Source: Octopus bimaculoides (lineage: Eukaryota). From it: a DNA stretch of 32,398 nt. The notes under the pieces were generated by a model that saw nothing but the letters and a program-made list of their open reading frames with translations, was not told the DNA's origin and did no database searches. Each line of letters begins with the position of its first letter. The stretch's first letter is position 1. Where the stretch lies: contig NC_068982.1 of assembly GCF_001194135.2 (NCBI RefSeq), forward strand, positions 79,679,171 through 79,711,568. The letters run 5' to 3'. The translations under genes and the position numbers were made by a program. Of the stretch, positions 1 to 12,674 are shown piece after piece.

Positions 1-41
<41 letters not shown>

Positions 42-455
42 TATACATACATACACACACATATGTATACGCACACACACATACATACATATACATACCT
101 ACAATACATACATACACATAAGTATATCGAGAGACATCTTCAAATGAAGATAAATATATACATCATAACATATATATGCAAACAACTTTAAAAAACTGTC
201 CGGTGTATATAATATTAAAATGTAAAAATAAGGAAATTGTACATTAATTTGATATATCATAATTAAATACGTGAGTAGACAATAAAAATAAAAAATAAAC
301 CTCGACGGATTTTAAGCATAAAATTGTAAAACAGTCAAAGGCTTTCTTAAAAGTGAGGTGGAAATTTACACTAGCATTGCAATGCAAAATAACTATACCG
401 TGTGAAGTCAAATTCAAATGCGACAGTCAAAAAATATTTCGAAAGTCAAAACATT

Positions 456-1054
456 TTACGCATACGGCATTTTGTCGGTTGACATTACAAATTTTGCGGT
501 GTGCCTGCAGGAATTTAAACGCTTGCGTCTCTGGTTTAAAGCACTTTTATCCTAGAACAGGATGAAGAACTTTTCTGAGAGGCAAAGATTACATTTCATA
601 GGTCTTTCATAAGCTCCATGTTTGTATGCTGATGCTTTTTCTAGAATTTCCCAGGTTACATTGAAAGGACAGGTGTCATTCTGTTTCAGTTCTCTGATAT
701 GCTTTGCAAGACTAGTTGCTCTCCTCCTCTCGGGGTATCAGAAAGAATTTCGGTGGGAATAGAATCGAGTCTTGAATGAAATTTCCGAAGCCCCTGTATA
801 TGTTTTATATTTTTGCGAGCCATCTACTTGCACTTTAGCTTCCAACGGACAGCGAGTCTCTTCTTTGCAGCTGCAGTTCCTCAGATTAGATTCGGCACTG
901 TGGTTGTCTGTAATAATTTTTATGTTATGCTGGCTAATAAAAGAGGCGACGTTTTTGCAACAAGAATAGCTGACCTTCAGTGTTCTCCTATTAAATATTC
1001 TATAGAACTTATGGCTAGATTGAAAATGCTTAGAAACTAATTTTAAGAATTTCC
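456..1054 (-). mobile_element. Penelope-like retroelement fragment (RT C-terminus, Cys linker, GIY-YIG endonuclease), Naiad-like, decayed
   Basis: One minus frame reads KFLKLVSKHFQSSHKFYRIFNRRTLKVSYSCCKN..NCSCKEETRCPL..KTYTGASEISFKTRFYSHRNSF*YPERRRATSLAKHIRELK..WEILEKASAY..KCNLCLSEKFFILF*DKSALNQRRKRLNSCRHTAKF, ending at TAA 456-458. Internal stops at 738-740 (TGA) and 552-554 (TAG); the GIY half-motif appears deleted; the 5' side runs into the gap. Naiad assignment is from recalled motifs and needs phylogeny. Confidence 0.88.
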
Positions 1055-1620
1055 NNNNNNNNNNNNNNNNNNNNNNNNNNNNNNNNNNNNNNNNNNNNNN
1101 NNNNNNNNNNNNNNNNNNNNNNNNNNNNNNNNNNNNNNNNNNNNNNNNNNNNNNNNNNNNNNNNNNNNNNNNNNNNNNNNNNNNNNNNNNNNNNNNNNNN
1201 NNNNNNNNNNNNNNNNNNNNNNNNNNNNNNNNNNNNNNNNNNNNNNNNNNNNNNNNNNNNNNNNNNNNNNNNNNNNNNNNNNNNNNNNNNNNNNNNNNNN
1301 NNNNNNNNNNNNNNNNNNNNNNNNNNNNNNNNNNNNNNNNNNNNNNNNNNNNNNNNNNNNNNNNNNNNNNNNNNNNNNNNNNNNNNNNNNNNNNNNNNNN
1401 NNNNNNNNNNNNNNNNNNNNNNNNNNNNNNNNNNNNNNNNNNNNNNNNNNNNNNNNNNNNATATATATATATATATATATATAGTAAAAACACAAGCAAA
1501 GCTGGAAAAGGCAGAAAAGTATATTTTAGAGAATGTTTGATATTTTTGTTACAGTGAGTGATTTAAAATATAACCGGTTTCGATGTATCCATTGTATCAA
1601 ATATTCAAAAGAAAAATATG

Positions 1621-2110
1621 TTACTATATGTGTCAACCTTCAACCTCAGAAACACTGAAACACTTGATATCATCCACAAAAGCCTCCCCATTCTACTTGA
1701 AGATGAAGTAATGAAAAACATTCTGGAAACAGTAAATCATCAAAAGTAAAAGGCAGCCTAGAACACTCAAACAAATCCTCATTGGAACGAAAACACATAA
1801 GCAAATTCTCAACCCAACTGTGACAAAATGTAGAAAAACAAATTGTGGCACCCCTTTATACCTAACGAAAGGATAAAAATTCAAATTTAAAGATGGACAA
1901 ACTTTTAAAGTAAACTTCACCTGTAACTCCGAAAACTTAATCTACACAATAACATGCAATGAATATCAACAACACTACATAGGACAGACGGGTGTTTTCA
2001 TGACGCAAAAGAACGACGATACATCGCCAACAAATCTGAGACGAGAGCACAAGGAAGATTCCACTAAGTAGTCACATTGCAATCTGTGCGGGACTGGGCT
2101 TACCCAATTT
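1621..2110 (+). mobile_element. Penelope-like retroelement fragment (linker + GIY-YIG endonuclease), Neptune/Poseidon-like, frameshifted
   Basis: Across two frameshifts and two stops: YVSTFNLRNTETLDIIHKSLPILLEDEVMKNIL / IIKSKRQPRTLKQIL..VTKCRKTNCGT..G*KFKFKDGQTFKVNFTCNSENLIYTITCNEYQQHYIGQTG / RKRTTIHRQQI*DESTRKIPLSSHIAIC. LIY..YIGQT is the GIY-YIG signature. Confidence 0.88.
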
Positions 2111-2580
2111 TAAAAGAGAGACATGAGCAACCCCCATATAAACTGGATCATTATAGCTAAGGCCAGCATATATAGGAGAGGGGACAGTGAATGTTTTACA
2201 CATAACAGAGGAAAACTTCTGCCCACTGCGTGCAGAAGCAACAGTTCATAATTCGAAATTTCCAGCATGAACGCCTTCTCACTTTCCCACCTCGGCATTT
2301 TTTATACATTCTTCTCTGGATTATATAAATGAACTTTATGCATAAAAGACGCACGCCCCGACACACTTTCGACGGATTAAATATTTCTTATAAGTTACCT
2401 TCCAGCTTCGTGTATTCTCATCAAAGATGGAGAGAAGTAACAACGTTCCCAAGTGGCAGGCTCCATAATTGCTGAGATCAATTTACATGAAACAACCTTC
2501 TTAACTCACAAATAAAAAAAATATATATTTATCCACCTGTGCGGAGTTGAGCACTCGTTCTCATTGATTGGTATTAGCGT

Positions 2581-2678
<98 letters not shown>

Positions 2679-2888
2679 ACATATATACATATATATATAT
2701 GTGTGTGTGTACATACACATACACACATATTGTGCACGGAGGCAGGGTAAAATACCAACTGTTTCCTTTTGAAAAACATCTGCTCATTCCATTATTACAA
2801 TCCAAACAATCCAATATGTAGTTGGTGTCGTTAGTGTATAGAGTTACGCATGAAAGTTGAAAATTCCAGGAATTTTGTTTGCAGAGTT

Positions 2889-3080
2889 GTATAACAAATC
2901 AGAAAGTTGGAAAATTTATTGGTATTACCTAGTCACCGTTACACTTGTTTCATTTGCCAAGAGGAGTTACAGGGTTCTATATGTCTATCTGACATGTAAA
3001 ATTCTGTGATTTCTATTAGCAAATGAAACATGTGTAACGGTGAATAATACTACCAATAAATTTTCCAACTTCCTGTTATA
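2889..3080. repeat. Long inverted repeat (MITE or fold-back hairpin)
   Basis: Arms 2904-2960 and 3016-3071 are reverse complements except an internal loop and two mismatches; pairing continues 2962-2976 with 3000-3014; outer TATAACA / TGTTATA ends. Confidence 0.85.
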
Positions 3081-3875
3081 TTGTATATGAGTTTGTGTGT
3101 GTGTGTGTGTGTGTGTGAGTGTGTGTGTGTGTGTGTATGTAAATATATGTGTGCGTGTGTGTTTATGTACGTATATGTAGTTAAAGAAAATATGCACATG
3201 TACATATCTACAAACGATAAAATATCCTTAGACGTTGAATTAATTTATCGTGTTTTTCGGAAGGAGATCATTACAAGGATATCTTGTCGGACAGATATGG
3301 CGGCTTAAATTTCATCTCGCGTGAAACATGGACTTCGGATACAAGACACACATGCACTCTTTAAATAAATATATACATTCATAAGCGTAGAAACGTGTAT
3401 GTATGTATGTATGTATGTATGTATGTATGCATGTATGTATGTATTATGTATGGATGTATGTATGTATGTGTATATATAGGCGTATATATATATATATATN
3501 NNNNNNNNNNNNNNNNNNNNNNNNNNNNNNNNNNNNNNNNNNNNNNNNNNNNNNNNNNNNNNNNNNNNNNNNNNNNNNNNNNNNNNNNNNNNNNNNNNNN
3601 NNNNNNNNNNNNNNNNNNNNNNNNNNNNNNNNNNNNNNNNNNNNNNNNNNNNNNNNNNNNNNNNNNNNNNNNNNNNNNNNNNNNNNNNNNNNNNNNNNNN
3701 NNNNNNNNNNNNNNNNNNNNNNNNNNNNNNNNNNNNNNNNNNNNNNNNNNNNNNNNNNNNNNNNNNNNNNNNNNNNNNNNNNNNNNNNNNNNNNNNNNNN
3801 NNNNNNNNNNNNNNNNNNNNNNNNNNNNNNNNNNNNNNNNNNNNNNNNNNNNNNNNNNNNNNNNNNNNNNNNNNN

Positions 3876-3910
<35 letters not shown>

Positions 3911-3921
3911 ATATATACAAT

Positions 3922-4185
3922 AAAGCAAAAAGAAGGCCTACCTCGAAAACTAAGAATAAAATATATCACACTGACAAACAAGACACCCATACATACATGC
4001 AGTAAACAAATACACGTGTGTGTGTATGTGTGTGTGTTTGTGTGTGATGTTGTTGTTGTTGTGTGTATATTTGTGTATATATTCTTGCTTGTGTGCATGG
4101 GTGTCTTGTTTGTTTGTTTATATATGATACATTTTATGCCTAGTCCTCGCAGTAGATTTTCTGTATCTTTTTTTTTAGGGAAGTT
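3922..4185. repeat. Degenerate inverted repeat with microsatellite spacer
   Basis: Exact 16-bp inverted match CAAACAAGACACCCAT (3975-3990) / ATGGGTGTCTTGTTTG (4097-4112), with degenerate complementarity over about 80-100 bp each side. Confidence 0.7.
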
Positions 4186-5298
4186 GATCTCACGACAAGT
4201 TTCATGCCTGTGTGTAGTATGTGTGTATGGGGGTTCACGAATATGCAGCGGGTGTGCTTGTATAAATATGTACATACATTTCGGCGTTCCGATATGTCTT
4301 TGCTTCTTACACTTTCTTTATCTCACTCTCTCATTCACTGCCTTTCTTTCTCAATCTCGCTGTTGGTATGTATGTGTTTACATACATACATACATAATGC
4401 ATATATTCATACATACATGCATATATGCATACATACGTACATAAATATATGCACACGTATATTGATATATGTATAAATGTATGAATATACACGTATATGC
4501 GTATAGTCATATGTATAAACATATATCATGGTTATACATATACATACACATACACACACATACGTATATATATATATTACACAGACAGAAAGTAAAAAAA
4601 GGAAAGAAACGTAGTTGGGCGAAGAAAGAAAAAGTAGAAATCCAAAGAATAACACGAGTAACAAATAAGAAGAAAAAGAAATACAACAGTAGGTGGGGGG
4701 CGGTGAGCATGTAAAAAAAGAAAAGAAAAGATGAAATAAAACACAAATAGAATGAGAAATAAAAACAAAAAATAAAATAAATAAGAGCAAGCGAAAATAC
4801 AAATTTCTGGCAAAAAATAAGAGCTAACAAAAGGGAGATAAAAACAATAGAGAGAGATACAGAGAAAGCGAGAGGGACAGAAGGCGAGAGTGAAAAACCG
4901 AAAGAGTGTAAGTATGTGTGCAGAAAACAGCAAAGTACTCGGTAGTCATTTGAGAAATTTTCAAAGGGTAAGCGTTCGCTCAGAGCTTAGTTGTGTTGCA
5001 TAGATCATTCCTTTGATCGGTGAAAGCAATCGATCAAGACAGGCTTGATATATATCAGAAGGTGGGATTTTCTCATTCTATTTTATTAATATTTATTGTT
5101 CATTTTGTGAGGTTTTTTTTTTCTTTTGGTGGGGAATTTTTTTTATATTTTTCATTTTTGCTTTTTCTTAGTTGTTTTATTTTATTTCATATATTTTTCG
5201 TATGTCTTTATATATGTATGCGCGTGCGCATGTGTGTAGGTGTGTATTTCTGCATTTGTGTTTGTATCATGTATATGTCATTATGAACGTTTGTACTG

Positions 5299-5370
<72 letters not shown>

Positions 5371-5830
5371 NNNNNNNNNNNNNNNNNNNNNNNNNNNNNN
5401 NNNNNNNNNNNNNNNNNNNNNNNNNNNNNNNNNNNNNNNNNNNNNNNNNNNNNNNNNNNNNNNNNNNNNNNNNNNNNNNNNNNNNNNNNNNNNNNNNNNN
5501 NNNNNNNNNNNNNNNNNNNNNNNNNNNNNNNNNNNNNNNNNNNNNNNNNNNNNNNNNNNNNNNNNNNNNNNNNNNNNNNNNNNNNNNNNNNNNNNNNNNN
5601 NNNNNNNNNNNNNNNNNNNNNNNNNNNNNNNNNNNNNNNNNNNNNNNNNNNNNNNNNNNNNNNNNNNNNNNNNNNNNNNNNNNNNNNNNNNNNNNNNNNN
5701 NNNNNNNNNNNNNNNNNNNNNNNNNNNNNNNNNNNNNNNNNNNNNNNNNNNNNNNNNNNNNNNNNNNNNNNNNNNNNNNNNNNNNNNNNNNNNNNNNNNN
5801 NNNNNNNNNNNNNNNNNNNNNNNNNTATAT

Positions 5831-5865
<35 letters not shown>

Positions 5866-6023
5866 TGTAAATATATGTGTGTGCGTTTGTCTTTGTCTTT
5901 TGGGGTGTATGTGTGCATGCGTATACATCAATATCCCTATACTCTCTTGCGTAGAGAGATGCGCATCAATAAATACATTGAAGGATGCACAGAACCAGAA
6001 ACATACACATGGAGGTATGTAAG

Positions 6024-6054
<31 letters not shown>

Positions 6055-6476
6055 GTGTAAATACATACATACACATATATACATAATATATACATACATA
6101 TATACATACACATATACATTCATAGAGGAGCACATGAATACAGCTACAGACGTATACGCACATATGCATTAAGTGAAATATATGTATATACGTATACAAG
6201 TATACACACCATCTCAGTCGTAGAATGCCATAAGCAGAACACGAAAGAAGGTGGGGCACTTTGTGATGAAGAAAAAGAGAAAAGAACGAAATGAAGAAAG
6301 AAAGAAAACAGGAAGGAAAGAAAGAGAGAAAGAAAGAAAGCAAGAAAGAAAGAAAGAATGTAGAGAGTGTTGAAGAAGACGTAAAAACTAGGCGGGTGTA
6401 TTGGTGACGGAGGGGCTACAAAATTCCAATAAGCCGTAATTCTTTTATAAGAATGCACGGCAAGTTCGAAAGTGCA

Positions 6477-6551
<75 letters not shown>

Positions 6552-6785
6552 CATACATGTACATATATAGATATTTATATACACATACTCATATAGAGAT
6601 ACATACATATATGTATGTGTATATGTATATATACATGAAAATAAATCTGCGTTTGCAGGTATATATAAATATGTGTGTATGCGTGTGTGTGTGTGCGTGT
6701 GCGCGCGCTTACACATGCACGTATTAACGTACAAAAAAACGCAAAATAGGTTAACAGAACGATGGAGTAAAAAATGACCAACGAG

Positions 6786-6819
6786 CATCCATCCATCCAT
6801 CTAAGTGGATGGATGGATG
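6786..6819. repeat. Perfect 14-bp inverted (CATC)n/(GATG)n repeat with 6-nt loop
   Basis: CATCCATCCATCCA tctaag TGGATGGATGGATG. Confidence 0.9.
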
Positions 6820-6890
6820 GCACCGGGAAGAGAAGATAGAAATGAGCGAGAGGAGAGATAGAGATAGATAGGTAGATAGACAGATAGATA

Positions 6891-6974
<84 letters not shown>

Positions 6975-7125
6975 TGGAGGTGGAAGTAGTGGAAGTGTGG
7001 ATAATAGGAGTAAGGAGATCACGAACAGATATCTCAACTCACATGAAGATGCTGCAAGGAAAATATGCGTATATACATATATACATACATACATGTACAT
7101 ATATAAACATATAGATACATATAAT

Positions 7126-7171
<46 letters not shown>

Positions 7172-7218
7172 CGTGTGTGTGTGTGTNNNNNNNNNNGTGT
7201 GTGTGTGTGTGTGTGTGC

Positions 7219-7264
<46 letters not shown>

Positions 7265-7609
7265 ACATGAATAAAATTGTATATGTGTATGCACATACAT
7301 ATAATGAAAGCTACATTGGTTGATAGGTAGATAGATAGATAGATAGATAGATAGATCGTCAGTTCCACAGAGAAATTGTAAGAGAGGCAAAGAAAGAGAC
7401 AGTGTGGCGGAAAGAATCTTGAGGATAAAGATGAAGAGATTTCGAAAAATTGATAAAATAATCACGAAGAAAATGATAATAAAGAAATTGGATCAGGAAG
7501 CAGAGATAGAGTCACAGAGATAAACTTAAAAAAAAAGACAGGGGATGAATCTACATGTCTTAAGTTCGTACATTTCTTCATCGGTGTAGATGCATACATA
7601 TATACATAC

Positions 7610-7658
<49 letters not shown>

Positions 7659-8825
7659 NNNNNNNNNNNNNNNNNNNNNNNNNNNNNNNNNNNNNNNNNN
7701 NNNNNNNNNNNNNNNNNNNNNNNNNNNNNNNNNNNNNNNNNNNNNNNNNNNNNNNNNNNNNNNNNNNNNNNNNNNNNNNNNNNNNNNNNNNNNNNNNNNN
7801 NNNNNNNNNNNNNNNNNNNNNNNNNNNNNNNNNNNNNNNNNNNNNNNNNNNNNNNNNNNNNNNNNNNNNNNNNNNNNNNNNNNNNNNNNNNNNNNNNNNN
7901 NNNNNNNNNNNNNNNNNNNNNNNNNNNNNNNNNNNNNNNNNNNNNNNNNNNNATATATATATAAATGAATATATGTGTGTTTGTGTGTGTGCATATCTGT
8001 GTGTTCAAGTATTTATGTCTATAATAGTGCCCATCAAAAATGGCGGGGTTTAATTCTGCCCACTTTCGGTAATTCGTAATGTTTTAGCTTAGATGTTCCT
8101 CCATTTTCTTCTAATGTTTCAGTTTGTCTTCTTTCATTTCTTCTTCATTAATCTCAATGTCTCCAATGCCTCATTACTACTTCTCTTTTCCCCTCTCTTC
8201 TCTTCACTCTGAATATACATAATTTCTATATTTTTTCTTCATAACTGAGTTCTGCTACCGTTTTGTCTCTTCAATCTCTAACGCTCACACCCGCACTCTC
8301 ACATTGATATGATATATTAATTTCTCTCTTCCTTTCTCTCTCCATTCTATCACTCTGTATTCATCTATTACTCTCTCTCTCTTGTTACTTCTCTAGTTTT
8401 CTCTCTCAAATCTAGAACGCTATCTTTATTTTCCATCTCTCCACTTGACTTTTTCTTCATTTGTCATTCCTCATTCCATTTCTCTATGCTCGCATGACTA
8501 CCTCTCTCACAAGCTGACTACTTCTTATTTTTCTTTATCTTCCTCTCATTTATCAATTTCCCACCAAATTCTCTATCTACCTGTCTCTAATCCACATTTC
8601 TTTATAATGTCTTCTTTGTCTTCCACTTCTCTTTTTTTCTTCCAGCTTGAAAATCAGCAATGAACGAAAAATCTTGAGGTATTAGACTTGATATTTTCTT
8701 CGATATTAAGATAAATATATAAAAGATTTCAGAATCAAACAGAAAGCAAGAACAAGCAGCAACAAGCAACAATAGGACTTCATGGAATTAATTCAGCACC
8801 GTAAACGTGAAACAAAAGGGTTTTT

Positions 8826-8854
8826 AACGTTTCGGACAGTCTTCCTTTCTCAAG
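8826..8854 (-). ncRNA. Degenerate Penelope-type minimal hammerhead-like motif (variant core)
   Basis: Minus strand CTTGAGAAA GGA-agactg-TCC GAAACGTT; 3-bp stem II and ACGT palindrome present, stem I only about 2 bp. Confidence 0.35.
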
Positions 8855-8982
8855 AAGCTGGCGCAAACTAAAATATTATAGTGTAAACCACATGTGGAAA
8901 TACTGAATGTCTAAGAGAACAAATATCTAAGAAAAACGGGATTGTTTCGCCAGTCAAGAGAGAAAATGTACTGTATGTGTTC

Positions 8983-9026
<44 letters not shown>

Positions 9027-9047
9027 AAGGAGAGATAAATAGATAGA

Positions 9048-9049
<2 letters not shown>

Positions 9050-9081
<32 letters not shown>

Positions 9082-9410
9082 AACAGATAGATAGAAAGAT
9101 AGATAGATAGATACATTTCTTTTATTAGCCACACAGGGCTCAACGAAGATGGGACAAATACAATGTAGAGCTTTTCTTTTTGGGAGGGGGAAAAAAAAGA
9201 TAGATAGATAAATAGATAGATAGATAAATAGATAGATAGATATATAGATAGATAGACAGACAGACAGACAAACAGATAGATAGAAAGATAGATAGATAGA
9301 TACATTTCTTTTATTAGCCACACAGGGCTCAACGAAGATGGGACAAATACAATGTAGAGCTTTTCTTTTTGGGAGGGGGAAAAAAAAGATAGATAGATAG
9401 ATAGATAGAC
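9050..9410. repeat. Tandem duplication (period 189 bp) embedded in (GATA)n/(GACA)n
   Basis: ACATTTCTTTTATTAGCCACACAGGGCTCAACGAAGATGGGACAAATACAATGTAGAGC... starts at 9113 and again at 9302, identical by eye. Confidence 0.9.
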
Positions 9411-9779
9411 ATGTATATGTTTGTATGTATGTACGTGTGTATTACTTTGATATGTATTCTTCGATACGTTTTGATATTCATTTCCTATTATTGCATAGTT
9501 ATGCATTTGATGCATTTCCTGCTTATATTCAAATTTATAGGGTTCTCCGGTAAACTTAGTGTGAAAATGTACTCGTTGCAGTTGAGGAGAATTATTACAT
9601 TGCAGGACAAAATGCGTTGCAACGAATAAATTAATAATTTGACCAACAATCCGAGTGGATGTCAATATGGTAAGAATGTGAATATGTGTATGTATGAGTG
9701 TGTGTGTGTGCGTGTGTGTATATGTGATGTGTATGCGTGCATGTAACTTATGAGAGCATTCGTTTTCAACTGTTATGCA

Positions 9780-10110
9780 ATTCTACTCTTTTACATCATC
9801 ATGAACATCGCTATCATCATCATCATCAGTATTTCCATCATTAGCATCGTCACCACCAGCACCACCACCAGCACCACCATCACAATCGTTATCGCCATCG
9901 TCATCATTAACATGATTCTCATCATCATTGCCATCAACAACATCGTCAGCGTTATTGACTTCGACGCCCTCGACTTCATCTCGTTCGCAGTCGACCTCTC
10001 AAATGTTGTCATAAACGTCTTTATGACAATAAACATTGGCGTCGTCATCATAATCTATGTCATCATAATCTATGGTATCATCGACGTCGTCGTTGTCGTT
10101 ATCGTCGTCG

Positions 10111-10151
<41 letters not shown>

Positions 10152-10497
10152 TTCATCACTACATTCCTCAGTAACCAGTAATGCAAACAACAGTATCATT
10201 ACATATAAATAATCTTCCTCAGATCTATTGCCGCCATATTCTAAATCATCATCACTGATTATAGCAATCACTATCATCGCCATTACTATCGTCCTCCTTC
10301 TCCGCATCATCTATAATCGTCGTTGTCCATTATCACCGCCACTGCCACCACCGCATTATCACCACCATTACCACCACATTGCCGCCGCCACCACCACCAC
10401 TACCACCACCATCATCATCAACCTCATCATCGTCACCGCCACCACCATCTTCTCCAGCACCAACACCACCACCACTACCGCCGCCGACACCACCACC

Positions 10498-10528
<31 letters not shown>

Positions 10529-10542
10529 GTTTCTTTTCTATT
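9780..10542. repeat. Compound trinucleotide region (ATC/GTC/ACC)n
   Basis: Runs of CAT, CGT, CAC, CCG; source of poly-I/H/T/P/D pseudo-ORFs. Confidence 0.9.
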
Positions 10543-10698
10543 NNNNNNNNNNNNNNNNNNNNNNNNNNNNNNNNNNNNNNNNNNNNNNNNNNNNNNNNNN
10601 NNNNNNNNNNNNNNNNNNNNNNNNNNNNNNNNNNNNNNNNNNNNNNNNNNNNNNNNNNNNNNNNNNNNNNNNNNNNNNNNNNNNNNNNNNNNNNNNNN

Positions 10699-10739
<41 letters not shown>

Positions 10740-11826
10740 TATATCTGCACACACACACATACACCCACACACATTAGTGTCGTCGTTTCCCATCAGTTAT
10801 CTCTCATGTTTTCCCTTTTCTCCCTGTCATGTTTTCAACCCCCTCTACTACATCTAACTCATTTCACACACACACACACAAACACGTTATATTTTTCATC
10901 TACTCCCACCTCTCTCTATATATATATATATCTCTCTCTATCCCTCCCCATCTCCATTTCTCTCCTTCCTCTCCCTCGTTCATCTGTTTACCTTTCCGCT
11001 CACATACCTACCCATACCACTACCCTATGCTAAAACCGTGAGCCCAGTGCAGTGGGCTCCCCCCACCCACCACCAAATACCGATGTTAAATCTCCCTGTC
11101 AAACCAAACCTAGAATTAAAAACTAGAAAATTACACGCCATCAACCAGTATACCACATACATCACAGCAAACATACGATCACGGTTTCATATCACGACAG
11201 TTCACGTCAAGAAAGAAACTAACACGCTACACAGATACCGCTCGCCATGAAGGTCAACTCACAAAAACACGCTCTCAACCGCCATGTTTTTCTCATATTT
11301 TGTTTAGCCTTTTTGAGATTTTTTTCAAAATCTCTTGCTGTCTTCTTTTCTTTTTACCATTCAATTTTTAAATTCTCTTAAAAATTTTCTTATTGTTTCC
11401 ATCGCTTCCACACACATTATTTCTTTCTTTTCTTTTCTCTCTCTTATTCTCCGCTTTCAATCTCACTTTCTCGTATTCTTTTTCTCGTTCCTTCTCTCAT
11501 TACTTTCTTCCTCATTTTTTTTCATGGACTCCCTTTCTCCCTCTCTTTCTCTCCTCTTTTTTCCTCTTCCTTTCATCTTCTCGTCCCTTTCCTCTCTTTC
11601 CCCATTCTCTCCCTCACTGTCTGTCTACATTCTCCTAATATCTCTCATTCTCTATATTCTCGGTTTTTCAGTTAGTTTACTTGTTTTCTCTGACAATATT
11701 TCTTCATTTATTTACTTCGTCCATATTCCAACTCTACATTCTCGAATTCTCCCACACATTCTCTCCTCTCATTTTCCACCCATTTCTTTCTTTCTTTGTG
11801 TTTTTGTACGTGTGTACAATATATAC

Positions 11827-11861
<35 letters not shown>

Positions 11862-12581
11862 TGTGTGTGTGTGTGTGCGTGTGTGTGCATTACATATATA
11901 TATATATATATATATATACATACATACATACATGCATACATACATACATACATATATATACATACATACATACATGCATACATACATGTATATATATATA
12001 NNNNNNNNNNNNNNNNNNNNNNNNNNNNNNNNNNNNNNNNNNNNNNNNNNNNNNNNNNNNNNNNNNNNNNNNNNNNNNNNNNNNNNNNNNNNNNNNNNNN
12101 NNNNNNNNNNNNNNNNNNNNNNNNNNNNNNNNNNNNNNNNNNNNNNNNNNNNNNNNNNNNNNNNNNNNNNNNNNNNNNNNNNNNNNNNNNNNNNNNNNNN
12201 NNNNNNNNNNNNNNNNNNNNNNNNNNNNNNNNNNNNNNNNNNNNNNNNNNNNNNNNNNNNNNNNNNNNNNNNNNNNNNNNNNNNNNNNNNNNNNNNNNNN
12301 NNNNNNNNNNNNNNNNNNNNNNNNNNNNNNNNNNNNNNNNNNNNNNNNNNNNNNNNNNNNNNNNNNNNNNNNNNNNNNNNNNNNNNNNNNNNNNNNNNNN
12401 NNNNNNNNNNNNNNNNNNNNNNNNNNNNNNNNNNNNNNNNNNNNNNNNNNNNNNNNNNNNNNNNNNNNNNNNNNNNNNNNNNNNNNNNNNNNNNNNNNNN
12501 NNNNNNNNNNNNNNNNNNNNNNNNNNNNNNNNNNNNNNNNNNNNNNNNNNNNNNNNNNNNNNNNNNNNNNNNNNNNNNNNN

Positions 12582-12641
<60 letters not shown>

Positions 12642-12674
12642 ATATGTGTGTGTGTGTCTGTGTAGCTGCATTTC

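Noticed and set aside
125-160. TGAAGATGTCTC at the end of the Naiad-like 3' region
   Set aside because: Possible hammerhead remnant but lacks GAAA and stems.
738-740. In-frame TGA in the Naiad-like ORF as selenocysteine
   Set aside because: Some Naiad elements use UGA-Sec, but this TGA is at a basic-residue-type position (likely CGA>TGA), a TAG also interrupts the frame, the GIY half-motif is deleted and no SECIS was recognisable.
1570-1615. Minus-strand CGAAACCGGTT palindrome next to the PLE fragment
   Set aside because: Resembles a minimal hammerhead end but has no intact CUGANGA core or stem I.
2110-2298. LSPLLYMLAL resembling an L1 RT motif
   Set aside because: Only 10 residues match; neighbouring RT motifs absent.
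4924-4972. Possible micro-exon ending in GG|GTAAGC
   Set aside because: Weak acceptor, no homology, such sites arise by chance.
9541-9675. Possible exon between TTTATAG and GTAAGA
   Set aside because: Stops in all three frames; no recognisable product.
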